From positions 13,054 to 77,053 of the forward strand of contig MEKT01000101.1 in NCBI GenBank assembly GCA_001767435.1: a stretch of DNA of 64,000 nt, given 5' to 3'. The notes under the pieces are model-generated. The model searched no databases, was not told the DNA's origin, and worked only from the letters and a program-made list of their open reading frames with translations. The position numbers and the translations under genes were made by a program. This document shows positions 52,888 through 62,083 of this stretch, piece by piece. The DNA is from Acidobacteria bacterium RIFCSPLOWO2_02_FULL_65_29 (lineage in GTDB: Bacteria > Acidobacteriota > Vicinamibacteria > Vicinamibacterales > CAVVIG01). Within the stretch, counting starts at the first letter, position 1; each line of letters starts with the position of its first letter.

Positions 52888-54033
52888 TCAGCGGCCAGGG
52901 CGGCTGGCGGCGATCGCTTTCGTGTAGACGTCGAGGGTGCGCTCGGCGGTTCTGGTCCACGTCATACCGCGCACCTGCTCGAACGCCGTCTCTGCGCATC
53001 GGGCGGCAAGAGTCCGATCGGCCAACAGGCGATCCAAAGCCGCGGCGAGAGCGGCCGGGTCGCGTGCCGGCACGAGCAGCCCGGTGCGCTCCGGCACGAC
53101 CAGCGAGGCCGCGCACCCGACGGGCGTGGCGACGACGGGCAGCCGTTGGCTCATGGCTTCCACGACCACCATCCCGAAGCCTTCGTAGGTCGACGGCCAG
53201 GCGAGCACATCGTGCCTCCGGTAGGAAGCCATCACCTCGTCTTCGGGTACGCGATCGCGCACGGTGAGAAATGGACGGGCGTCGGAGGGAAACGCGGAGC
53301 GAATCTCGCCCTCGGGCACGGCGCCGCCGAGCACGGTCAGGTTCACGGTCCGTCCCGAGCGAATCAGCCGCGAAAACGCCTCGGCGAGATACGTCACGCC
53401 CTTGACCGGCGTCCACGTGCCACAGAAGAGGATGCCGCCGCCGCGCGGCGCGTCGGGAAGTGGCGAGCTGTCCAGAAATCTGGCCGAGACGCCGTGCGGC
53501 ACCACGTCGATTTCGGCCGCCGGCTTCCATTTCCGCTCGAGGGCGAACGCACGGTCGCCGTCGTTCGGCAGCAGGAGCCGATCGGCGGCGCGGGCGGCGG
53601 CCGACACCTGCGAGAGGCGCACGGCTGGATGGAACCAGCGGCGGGTCCACGGTTTGGCGGCGAGACCCGCCGCGGCATCGTCGAGCATCCGTCTGTAGTT
53701 CAAGTGCTCGAGGCCGTTCGAGCGCGACACGACAGCGGCGCCGCCAACGGAGCGTCGTCCGAGCGATGCAATCCAGAGCCCCTCAGCGCTCGCCACGTCG
53801 ACGACGTCGTAGGGTCCCCGCGCCTTGCACGCACGCGCCACGGCCCGCCAGGCGGCCACGGGACCGAAGGCCTGATGCAGATGGAACTGTCTCGGGGCGG
53901 CGCCTATATCATCCGACAACAGCAGATCGCAGGTGTGGCCGAGCTCCCGGAATTCCTCGTGGAGCTTGGTCAGCACTTTGGTCGATCCCAACCGCGGATC
54001 GCGAGGATAGTCGCCGACGAGGAGGATGCGCAC
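52888..54033 (-). CDS. glycosyltransferase family 4
   Basis: MRILLVGDYPRDPRLGSTKV, EGFGMVVVEAMSQRLPVVATPVG. Confidence 0.9.
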   Translation of the reverse strand: MRILLVGDYPRDPRLGSTKVLTKLHEEFRELGHTCDLLLSDDIGAAPRQFHLHQAFGPVAAWRAVARACKARGPYDVVDVASAEGLWIASLGRRSVGGAAVVSRSNGLEHLNYRRMLDDAAAGLAAKPWTRRWFHPAVRLSQVSAAARAADRLLLPNDGDRAFALERKWKPAAEIDVVPHGVSARFLDSSPLPDAPRGGGILFCGTWTPVKGVTYLAEAFSRLIRSGRTVNLTVLGGAVPEGEIRSAFPSDARPFLTVRDRVPEDEVMASYRRHDVLAWPSTYEGFGMVVVEAMSQRLPVVATPVGCAASLVVPERTGLLVPARDPAALAAALDRLLADRTLAARCAETAFEQVRGMTWTRTAERTLDVYTKAIAASRPGR

Positions 54034-54037
54034 GAAC

Positions 54038-54262
54038 TAACGTGGGGCTCCGCCCCACACCTCGGCTCGGTCGCTCGCGCCGTTCGACAGGCTCACGACG
54101 CCCTGAGCTCGTCCAAGGGCGAGGACCCCAACGCCCCGCGCCGCTCCCTCGCCCTTCGACCCTTCGACTTGGCTCAGGCTCGTCCCGAGCTCAGTCGAGG
54201 GACGACAATGCCCAGGGCGTCCCGAGCATCGTCGAGGGACGCAGGCGCGCCGTGCGCGCCTA
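54038..54262 (-). repeat. expanded (225-nt) inverted copy of the 93-nt double-hairpin repeat, copy D
   Basis: Both termini and the central GGACCCCAACGCCCCGCGCCGCTCCCTCGC match the reverse complement of the 93-nt consensus, with two internal insertions of about 47 and 85 nt. Its terminal CCTA provides the stop of gene 54260-55126. Confidence 0.8.
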
Positions 54263-55126
54263 ACTGCCAGGCTCACCGCGAGCGGCGGCGCGCAGCCGCC
54301 GGAAATGGAGGCGCGCGCGAAGCGCGCGCGCCGACTGCCGCAGAGCCTCGCTGGCCGATGGACGCCAGACGAACACCTCGTCGCGCAGCCTGGTCTCGTC
54401 GCCGACCGGGGCGCCTCGAGCGCGGAGCTGCTCGAGCCGATCCCAGTATTCGCACCAAAGCGCGAAGTACCGCGCGTCGAGCGCCGCCATGAATCCGTTG
54501 TACTTTGCGCTCGGCGCCGCGTCGTTCCACCGCGACTCGTGCCGCTCGTGAAGGATCAGCCGCTCGCGGTTGAGGATGATGCCGTCGGAATGGCACATCA
54601 TGACGGCCGTGTACACGTTGTCCCAGCAGGCGGCGCCAATCACGTACGGCCGGAAACGGCGACAGTGGCGCTGCCACCAGGGCACGGAAAAGACGAACAT
54701 GTCGACGCCCGCAGTGAGTGGCGCGTCTCGTTCCGAATCGACGTCGAACCGATCGACGTCGTGGCGCGAAATCGCATACGTCTGTCGGGCACGACGCGCG
54801 ATGGCGTCGAGCGCTCCTGGAAGCACCAGGACGTCGGAATTGATGTAGGCGAAGTATTGATGCCCGCGTGTGGCGGCGACGCACGCGAGAGCGTCGAACA
54901 GCTCACGCGTGAGCGGCTTGCGCCGCTCGCCCTGGCCGGCGACATCGTTCGAGTCCCGGGTGAGCACGTGCATGGTTTCGATACCGGGCAGCTTGGCATG
55001 CGGTTCCGTCTCAAACTGAACGTTCAAGGCTTCGATGCCGCCGAGCCGAGGCAGCGCGTCCACCGCCAGCTGCTGGCGCCGCATCGCCGCGGCGTCGCCG
55101 GCGTAGAGATGAGTGCCGATCAGCAT
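54260..55126 (-). CDS. hypothetical protein of the EPS operon (possible GT-A-like fold)
   Basis: 288-aa ORF with normal composition. YFAYINSDVLVLPG and GVDMFVFS are reminiscent of DxD-type glycosyltransferases. No family is confidently recognised. Confidence 0.55.
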   Translation of the reverse strand: MLIGTHLYAGDAAAMRRQQLAVDALPRLGGIEALNVQFETEPHAKLPGIETMHVLTRDSNDVAGQGERRKPLTRELFDALACVAATRGHQYFAYINSDVLVLPGALDAIARRARQTYAISRHDVDRFDVDSERDAPLTAGVDMFVFSVPWWQRHCRRFRPYVIGAACWDNVYTAVMMCHSDGIILNRERLILHERHESRWNDAAPSAKYNGFMAALDARYFALWCEYWDRLEQLRARGAPVGDETRLRDEVFVWRPSASEALRQSARALRARLHFRRLRAAARGEPGS

Positions 55127-55203
55127 GTCAGGTCGCGAAGCGTCGCCTCACACCGCCGAGAAAAACGAAGCCTCTGTCAGGATCATGGCCTTAGAAGATG
55201 TCT
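55127..55203 (-). repeat. ~77-nt junction element, copy iv
   Basis: The minus strand reads GACATCTTCTAAGGCCATGATCCTGACAGAGGCTTCGTTTTTCTCGGCGGTGTGAGGCGACGCTTCGCGACCTGAC, then the ATG at 55126. It forms the last 18 codons of the upstream GT4 gene. Confidence 0.55.
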
Positions 55204-56362
55204 GCAGAATCGGCTCGAGCCGATCGACGTGAGCCGCGAGCGTCATCTCGCGCGCGATCCGATGCGCTCCCGCGCGAAGCGCCGAGAGCCTTGCCGGATC
55301 GCCGAGGAGCGAAGCGAGCGCGTCGCCGAAGCGGATGTCGGTCGCCGGCGGCGCCACGGCCACGCCGTTGACGCCGTCGGTCAGCCACTGGCAGATACCG
55401 CCGACGTCCATGGCGACGGCCGGAACACCGAGCGCACCTGCTTCGAGTCCGACGAGCCCGAACGGTTCGGGCCAGAGGCTGGGCAACGCGATGAGCGACC
55501 CGTCGCGCACGAGCGTCCACCGATCGGCGCCGCTCACCCATCCGGTAAACGTGCACGGCACGCGGAGACGGCCGGCGAGCGCCTCCCAGCCCGGACGCTG
55601 CGGGCCGTCGCCGATCATCGTCAGGCGGATCGAGCGGCCAAGGCGCGAACGCGCGCGGTCGACAGCACGGATCAGCAGATCGCCGCCTTTGAGCGTGGTC
55701 ATCCGTCCAAGAAACACGACGTGCGGGTCGCCCGGAGCCGCCGACACGCCCGCATCGCCGGCGCAAGTCGGAAAGAGCGCGTTGACGTGCACGCGGGTGG
55801 CCTCGCATCCGTGGCGCACGTACTCGCGCCGCATGTGCTCGCTCGCCACGACCATGGCGGCGTAGGCGTCGAACGCTGATCGCTGGGCCCGCGCCCAGCG
55901 CCATCCGCCGACGAGCGCCAGCGGACTCAGCCGGCCGCAGCGGCGCGGCAGAAAGAGCGCCGCGCACGAGGGACCGAACGTGCGATCGCACGCCACGGGA
56001 CGCGGGAACGCGTGCATCTTGAGCCCGCTGATGCAGGTGCCGAAATAGCCGTGCATGAACTTGACGACGGGCGCGATCGCGCCGAGACCAGACTCGATCT
56101 CGAGGTCGTGCATGTTGTGCGAGTAGCACACATCGGGCGACCACCGGCGCACCTCGTCCAGAGGGGTTCCGGGATTCGAACCCGCAAGATGAAACCGAGG
56201 CAGCCGCCGAAACACGCCGCCCGCCTCGCTGGTGCCGCTGTCGGAACAATAGGCGAAGGCGAGGGCATGGCCGCGCGCCTCGAGAGCCGCGATGACCGCC
56301 TCGAGATAGGCTTGCACCCCGCCGACGTCGCTGATGCCGTCGTTGGCGATCAGGATGCGCAT
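55148..56362 (-). CDS. glycosyltransferase family 4
   Basis: MRILIANDGISDVGGVQAYLE (ATG at 56362), EPFGLVGLEAGALGVPAVAMDVGG. Confidence 0.85.
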   Translation of the reverse strand: MRILIANDGISDVGGVQAYLEAVIAALEARGHALAFAYCSDSGTSEAGGVFRRLPRFHLAGSNPGTPLDEVRRWSPDVCYSHNMHDLEIESGLGAIAPVVKFMHGYFGTCISGLKMHAFPRPVACDRTFGPSCAALFLPRRCGRLSPLALVGGWRWARAQRSAFDAYAAMVVASEHMRREYVRHGCEATRVHVNALFPTCAGDAGVSAAPGDPHVVFLGRMTTLKGGDLLIRAVDRARSRLGRSIRLTMIGDGPQRPGWEALAGRLRVPCTFTGWVSGADRWTLVRDGSLIALPSLWPEPFGLVGLEAGALGVPAVAMDVGGICQWLTDGVNGVAVAPPATDIRFGDALASLLGDPARLSALRAGAHRIAREMTLAAHVDRLEPILQTSSKAMILTEASFFSAV

Positions 56363-57384
56363 GATCGAGGCACCAGCCTGACGCACTCGCCCTCGAGCGA
56401 CCAGGGATCCTGGCCCGGCGTGAGCGGCGCGATCTGCAACGACTGCGCGTGGAGCTCCGCGAGCACGTCATCCTTCGTGACGCCGATGAGGGGCCACACC
56501 GACGGGTGCATCTCGACAAACAAGGCCAGCGTGTCCCGGCGCCGCCGTCCGATCGTCTCGCGCGCGCCGCGCAGCGCGGCGAGCTCCCACCCCTCGACGT
56601 CGATCTTGATGAAGTCGGGCTCGATCCGCTCGCGCGCGCAGAAGCGGTCGATGCTCACGACGGCGACGCCTTCCCCGGCGCCCGCGTCGGACAGCAGCCC
56701 GTGGTGAACGTCTGGCGTTGCACCGAGACGGGCGAGGCGCCCCGCCGGCAAGGCGCGACGACCGAGAATACCGGGAGTATTTGAGCGAGGAGCAACGTAG
56801 TCGGCGGGGATGCATCGCCCGTCGAATGCAGCCAGACGTTCACCACGGGCTGCTAAGGCGGTCAGGCGGCTCTCGCCGGCCGTCGGAGAGATCGTCAGGC
56901 GCGCGATGCCGTCGCGATCGGCGACGGCGGCGGCCACCGCGCACACGACGTGCTGCAGGTGATTGAGCGCGATATGACGCGTGAGGCCATCGAACACGTC
57001 AGGCGCCGGCTCGAACGCGTAGACCCGTCCGCCCACGCCGACCCACTGTCCGAGCAGCACCGAGTAGCTGCCGACGTTGGCGCCGACGTCGAGAGCGACC
57101 GTCCCTGGCCGGACCGTGGATCGGAATGCCTCGTACTCCGCCGGATTCCACGACATGAACCGGTGCGCGGGATGCACGTAGACGACTTCGCCGTGGGGCA
57201 GCGCGCTCCGTAGACCACGGCCACCCGTCTGCAGCATCAGCAGGGCGTGATAGAGGCGCTTCAACCAGGTCCGCGCGCGAGGCGCGACGCTCGACTGCCC
57301 GATCAATTCGCCGGCGGCTTCGAGGGGGCCCTTGCGCCGAAACGACGCGGACGGCGCGGTGGGCAGCGGATGGCGCTCGCTCAT
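56350..57384 (-). CDS. FkbM family methyltransferase
   Basis: The ATG at 57384 forms an ATGA overlap with the upstream stop. VALDVGANVGSYSVLL, VYAFEPAP, DFIKIDVEGWELAALRGA. Confidence 0.85.
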   Translation of the reverse strand: MSERHPLPTAPSASFRRKGPLEAAGELIGQSSVAPRARTWLKRLYHALLMLQTGGRGLRSALPHGEVVYVHPAHRFMSWNPAEYEAFRSTVRPGTVALDVGANVGSYSVLLGQWVGVGGRVYAFEPAPDVFDGLTRHIALNHLQHVVCAVAAAVADRDGIARLTISPTAGESRLTALAARGERLAAFDGRCIPADYVAPRSNTPGILGRRALPAGRLARLGATPDVHHGLLSDAGAGEGVAVVSIDRFCARERIEPDFIKIDVEGWELAALRGARETIGRRRRDTLALFVEMHPSVWPLIGVTKDDVLAELHAQSLQIAPLTPGQDPWSLEGECVRLVPRSCAS

Positions 57385-58250
57385 ATCCCCCGCTTCAGGA
57401 CCTGAGCCGCGGTCGCCACCCATCCGCTTGCGGTCGTGCGCCGCCACCAGGTCTTGCGCCTCCGCGCCGCGCTCCGGCGAATGTCCTCGTCCCAGCGCTG
57501 GTGAAACAACAGACCATTCTTCAGCACGCGCTGCTTGTCGTTGTCCGACAGCACGCCAATGGTGGTGCTGCCCAGATGCACGTAGGCGCCGGCTCGCTCG
57601 TAGCCGTAGGTCGCGACCTTCCAGCCGGCCCGCCGGATGCGATACGCCAGATCGGCTTCATCCCACTCGGTCGGCACGAACGCTTCGTCGAGGAAGCCGA
57701 CCGTGTCGAGGCACGCGCGGCGGACGATCCATGGGCGAATAACGACATCGACTTCCTGCAGACGGACCCAGTTGAGCGGCCTCGGCCCGATCGTGCTCTG
57801 GAGACGCTTCCAGTCGACCAGATCCTCCCAGCGCTCGATAGGCTCGTCGATCGGATGGCAATTCAGACCACGGCTGAGACTGACAAGGCCGAGATCGGTG
57901 TGGCGCGCGAAGGTGGACACCAGCTCGGGCACGAGCCATCCGCTGCGCAGCAGCATATCGTCCTGCCACGCCATCAGGAGCGGCGCGTGCGCTTCGCGGA
58001 AGCCCCGGTTGGTCGCGCGCAGCTCGTGGACGTTGTCTTCGTGAACGACGCGAAGACGAGCTCGACCCCACGGAGTAACCGCTCGCTCGCGCAAGGCTAC
58101 CGTTGTGCCGTCGCGGCAGCCGTCTTCCACAACGACGAGCTCGACCGCCACGTCGGCCGCGAAACGTTCCCAGCCGTCGAGACACTGAGTCAGGACCTTG
58201 ACGTTGTTGAATGTCGGGATCACGACCGAGAGCAGAGGCGTGTTCCGCAT
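57381..58250 (-). CDS. glycosyltransferase family 2
   Basis: LLSVVIPTFNNVKVLTQCL, ELVVVEDGCRDGT, MAWQDDM. Confidence 0.9.
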   Translation of the reverse strand: MRNTPLLSVVIPTFNNVKVLTQCLDGWERFAADVAVELVVVEDGCRDGTTVALRERAVTPWGRARLRVVHEDNVHELRATNRGFREAHAPLLMAWQDDMLLRSGWLVPELVSTFARHTDLGLVSLSRGLNCHPIDEPIERWEDLVDWKRLQSTIGPRPLNWVRLQEVDVVIRPWIVRRACLDTVGFLDEAFVPTEWDEADLAYRIRRAGWKVATYGYERAGAYVHLGSTTIGVLSDNDKQRVLKNGLLFHQRWDEDIRRSAARRRKTWWRRTTASGWVATAAQVLKRGI

Positions 58251-58257
58251 GACGGCC

Positions 58258-58350
58258 TAGGCGCGCACGGCGCGCCTGCGAGGGAGCGGCGCGGGGCGAA
58301 GGGGTCCCCGCAAGCGACCGAGCCGGGGTGTGGGGCGGAGCCCCACGTTA
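58258..58350 (+). repeat. 93-nt double-hairpin intergenic repeat, copy C
   Basis: Fills the gap between two co-oriented EPS genes. Its terminal GTTA supplies the TAA stop of gene 58348-59541. Confidence 0.85.
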
Positions 58351-59541
58351 GAAGATGCCTTTGAGCGCCGCGATCGTGTGGCGCAGATCGAACCGGGCGT
58401 CGTACAGCGCGGCCCCGCGTCGCGCGAGATCGGCGCGCCTCACCGGATCGTCGAGTAACGCCGCGGCCGTCGCCGCCAGCGCGTCCAGGTCGCCGGCGGG
58501 CACAAGGGCGGCGGCGGCGGCACCGCGCCAGATGGGCTCGGTCAGCGACCCCTCGGTCGTCACCACCGGCACCCCGTGCGCGAGCGCCGTCATCGCGCTC
58601 GTCCGGCGGCTGCTGATGCCGTCGGGGTACGGTTGCAGCATCAACGCGCACGCGCGAATGTGGCGCGACACGTCGTCGGCCTCGAGCGAACCGGCCGCGA
58701 CGACGCGTTCGGTGAGCTCCGGGTGCTTCGCGACGAGATCGGCGCGCGCCGCGGCGCTTCCCTGGCCCATGAGGAGCACGCGGCAGTCGGCCCGCGCCAG
58801 AAGCCCGACGACCGCGGCCTCGACGAGTGGCGCGATCAAGTCGCCGTAGGTGCCGAAATGGCCGACGAGGGGACGCCCCTGTCCGTATCGGACGGCGATT
58901 TCGTCGGCCGCCCGGCGATCGTCCACGACGGCGATCGCGGTTGGCACGGGCAGCCACGCCACAGGCGTGCCCGCACGCGTGACTGCGCCGACGCCGGCCC
59001 GCCAGGCTGGAATGGACACGAACGCGCGTTCCGCCGCGCCTCCCACGAGCCAGGCCATGACGCGATTGACGGCCGCCAGGAGGTTGCGGGCGATGCCGGC
59101 CGCTCGGTCGAACGGATACGCCACCTCGTGAAACATCACCCAGACCCGGTCGCGCCGGCGTGATCGAAGCCACAGGCAGAAAGGAAGGTTGGCGGCTTTC
59201 CAGCCGAACGCGTGGGGCACGTACTGAACGAGCACTCGGTGAGGGCGCCGCGCGCGGTCCAGCGCCTCCGACAGGCGGCGGAGCGACCGCGGGCCGTACC
59301 AGTCCGGCAGGCGTCGCAGCTCCACACGCGGATCGCCAGGAGCGCCCAACTCAGTCGCCGGCGGCGCCCAGACGACGACATGGTCCCCTGACGCGGCCAG
59401 GCCTCGAGCGACCAGCCGGGTGTAGTCGCTCACGCCACCCGGCTGCGGGGGATATTCACCGGTGAGGATGTGCCATTCGAGCACGGCAGCCGCGGGCGCG
59501 GGAACGGCTGCTGGCCGCACGATGGCGGCCTCGCCGGTCAT
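58348..59541 (-). CDS. glycosyltransferase (GT-B fold, family 1/4-like)
   Basis: The track ORF (687 aa) is trimmed to the ATG at 59541 (ATGA overlap with the flippase stop). WHILTGEYPPQPGGVSDYT, SSRRTSAMTALAHGVPVVTT. Confidence 0.8.
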   Translation of the reverse strand: MTGEAAIVRPAAVPAPAAAVLEWHILTGEYPPQPGGVSDYTRLVARGLAASGDHVVVWAPPATELGAPGDPRVELRRLPDWYGPRSLRRLSEALDRARRPHRVLVQYVPHAFGWKAANLPFCLWLRSRRRDRVWVMFHEVAYPFDRAAGIARNLLAAVNRVMAWLVGGAAERAFVSIPAWRAGVGAVTRAGTPVAWLPVPTAIAVVDDRRAADEIAVRYGQGRPLVGHFGTYGDLIAPLVEAAVVGLLARADCRVLLMGQGSAAARADLVAKHPELTERVVAAGSLEADDVSRHIRACALMLQPYPDGISSRRTSAMTALAHGVPVVTTEGSLTEPIWRGAAAAALVPAGDLDALAATAAALLDDPVRRADLARRGAALYDARFDLRHTIAALKGIF

Positions 59542-61109
59542 AGGCGATCCAGCGCCCCAGTGGCGGGCGCCCCGCCGGCGGACGATGTCGGCGGCATCAG
59601 CCCCGCCCGCACGAGCCAGAGTGCGACCCGCGCGTCGAGCGGAAGCCCGACGTAGAGTGGGCGCATGTGCCACAGGTACGCGAGCGAGATGGCCGCAGCG
59701 ATGGCCGCGGACAGCATGAGGTCGATCGTGCGATGGAATGCGCCCGCGGTCGCGGCCAACACAACGAGGAGGCCTGCGCGGGTGAGCCACGGCGTCAGCA
59801 GATCGCGCGCCAGGTGCCGCGCAGTCAACTCGGTCGCCGGCCGCAAGAGGAGCACGCCCGCGGGAATCGACGTCGCCAGACTCGCGAGCAGGCCTGCGAC
59901 AGCGATGCCGTTCAGCCCCCACCAGTTCCCGAAGACCAGCGCGAGCGCGATCTGCGCAATGCCGTTCACGAGGCCGGCGACGCCGACCCGCAGACGATTG
60001 CCCAGCACGGAGGCCGTCGTGATGAACCCGTGCGACAGCGAGTACAGCACCACGCCAACGGCCATCAGCGCGTTCAGAGAACGTCCGCCGAAGAACTCGA
60101 GGCCGACCCAGCGCGCCACGAAGGCGGGATTGAACGCGAGCAAGCCGCAGAGCGCCGCACCGCTCAGGAGCAGGTGCAGCCGCAGCATCATCAACACCAC
60201 CTCCCGCAGGCGTTCGACGCTGCGCCGTTCGCCGTAGAGCTGAGCCAGCGCCACGAGGGCGCTGTCGGGCGTCACCCACGACAGCTGCATGGTCACCTGG
60301 CTGAGTTTGGCCGTGCAGCTGTAGATCGGCACCCACTCCGGGTGGCCGAGATAGGTGATCACGATCGCGCTCGTCGCGGCAAGCATCTGCCAGCCGATCG
60401 CGGCCAGCCACGTGCCCGCTCCGTTGGTCAGGAGGTGCCTCGCCTCGGCGAGGCTAGGGCGCGACCACCCCGTCATGACATCGGGCGCGATCCTTCTGAG
60501 GCGCGCGATGCTGGCCGCAAACGTGATGAACGGCGGCAGGCCGGCCGCAACCGCGAGGGCGTACAGCCCGTACCCGTTGATGAGGAGACCGATGGTGATC
60601 GCCAGGGTCAGGATCGAGTGCGCGATCGACAGCGCGCCGTTGAAAAATGCGTCCTGCAGGCCGCCAATCGCGGCGCGGAACACACGAAAGGGGTGGCCGA
60701 TGGCGTTGACGGCCACGAGAAACGCGAACGGCGCGCCGACCAGCAGCCGATCCGCCTCGGTGAAACGCAGCACGGACGGCAGAACGCTCCACAAGAGCAG
60801 CGCCACACCTGCGTACACGGCGGCAAGGCCGCCGCCCAGCCAGACGCCGTGGCCGATCAGCCGCCGCATGGCGGCGCGGTCGTTCCGGCCGTCGGCTTCC
60901 GCGATCATCCACGGCAGCACGCCGAGCACGCCCAGGTCGGCCATCCCGGCATAGCCCAGGAGCTCTCCCGTCGCGAGCCACAGGCCCCACGATCGCGCGC
61001 CGAGGTAGTGGAGCGTCAAGGGGACGAGGACGATCCCGGTGAGAATCGCCAGGCCGAACTGCACGTAGGTGAATCCCGCGGTCACGGCGGCTTTCTGGAT
61101 GCGGCTCAC
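59538..61109 (-). CDS. polysaccharide/oligosaccharide flippase (Wzx, MOP superfamily)
   Basis: GTG at 61109 (GTGA overlap with the upstream stop). About 12 or more hydrophobic helices throughout. Confidence 0.8.
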   Translation of the reverse strand: MSRIQKAAVTAGFTYVQFGLAILTGIVLVPLTLHYLGARSWGLWLATGELLGYAGMADLGVLGVLPWMIAEADGRNDRAAMRRLIGHGVWLGGGLAAVYAGVALLLWSVLPSVLRFTEADRLLVGAPFAFLVAVNAIGHPFRVFRAAIGGLQDAFFNGALSIAHSILTLAITIGLLINGYGLYALAVAAGLPPFITFAASIARLRRIAPDVMTGWSRPSLAEARHLLTNGAGTWLAAIGWQMLAATSAIVITYLGHPEWVPIYSCTAKLSQVTMQLSWVTPDSALVALAQLYGERRSVERLREVVLMMLRLHLLLSGAALCGLLAFNPAFVARWVGLEFFGGRSLNALMAVGVVLYSLSHGFITTASVLGNRLRVGVAGLVNGIAQIALALVFGNWWGLNGIAVAGLLASLATSIPAGVLLLRPATELTARHLARDLLTPWLTRAGLLVVLAATAGAFHRTIDLMLSAAIAAAISLAYLWHMRPLYVGLPLDARVALWLVRAGLMPPTSSAGGAPATGALDRL

Positions 61110-62083
61110 CGGACGTTTCCCAGCGAGAGCGTGGCATACGCCTGGAGATTCAGCGCGAGCGGCGTGCGCACGCCTCCCGGAAGCCGGGCCACGGCGTACA
61201 CGCCGAGCCGAAACAGGTTCGACGGGGCGCGGCGCACCGCGGATCCGCCGCACGGCAGTTCGGGCGCGGCCGCGCCGACGTCGACCTTCGCAAAACCGGC
61301 ACGCTCGAGCGCCAGCGTCAGGGAGCGCGGAGTGAAATGGTTCACGTGGACGAGATTGCCGGCAAGCGAGATTTCACGAGACGGCACGAGGCGCGCGAGC
61401 AGGCGTTCCTTGTGCCACTGGCTGCGGCCGCAGGGCACCTTCACCGCAATCGACCCGCCGACAACGAGTGTCCGCGCGGCGGACGCGACGAGCGCCACCG
61501 GGTCGGGAACGTGCTCGAGAACGTCCGTCAACGCGATCGCGTGAAAACGGGCGCCGGCGCCGGCAAGCGTGTGCGCGTTGGCCTGGTGCACCGTCGCGCC
61601 GGTGCGGCTCGCGGCATAGGCCGCCGTGCGTGGATTGAGCTCGACGCCTTCGACGTCCCATCCCTCCTTCCGGGCGAGATGCAGAAATCGTCCCGCGTGC
61701 GCGCCGATGTCGAGCAGCCGCCTCGGCCGTCCAGGCACGCGCCGATCGAGCTCGCGGAGAATGGCCTGGAAGATGAAGTCCTTGTCGCCCGACTCGAACT
61801 CGCGGACGATCCAGTCGGCCGACCAGCGCTGATCGTACATCCGCTCGAAGAAGCGCGGCAGCGTGGGCAGCGCGTCGGGCTGCGCGAAACCGCACGCGCG
61901 GCAGCGCACGAGCCGTCCGGTCCGACCGGTGTAGGCATCGAGCTCAGGATCCTGCTTGGCGTACTCGTGGTAGTCGAACCGGTACTCGTGGAACGGCGTC
62001 AGGACGGTGCCGCCGCAGATCCAGCATTGGCTCACGGGCTGAAACATCGTGTCCACGTCGACGCGTGACGCGACGGACATCAT
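61106..62083 (-). CDS. class I SAM-dependent methyltransferase with N-terminal Cys4 zinc-ribbon-like motif
   Basis: ATG at 62083 (ATGA overlap). CWICGG...CRACGF, RLLDIGAHAGRFL, AIALTDVLEHV. Confidence 0.8.
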   Translation of the reverse strand: MMSVASRVDVDTMFQPVSQCWICGGTVLTPFHEYRFDYHEYAKQDPELDAYTGRTGRLVRCRACGFAQPDALPTLPRFFERMYDQRWSADWIVREFESGDKDFIFQAILRELDRRVPGRPRRLLDIGAHAGRFLHLARKEGWDVEGVELNPRTAAYAASRTGATVHQANAHTLAGAGARFHAIALTDVLEHVPDPVALVASAARTLVVGGSIAVKVPCGRSQWHKERLLARLVPSREISLAGNLVHVNHFTPRSLTLALERAGFAKVDVGAAAPELPCGGSAVRRAPSNLFRLGVYAVARLPGGVRTPLALNLQAYATLSLGNVR

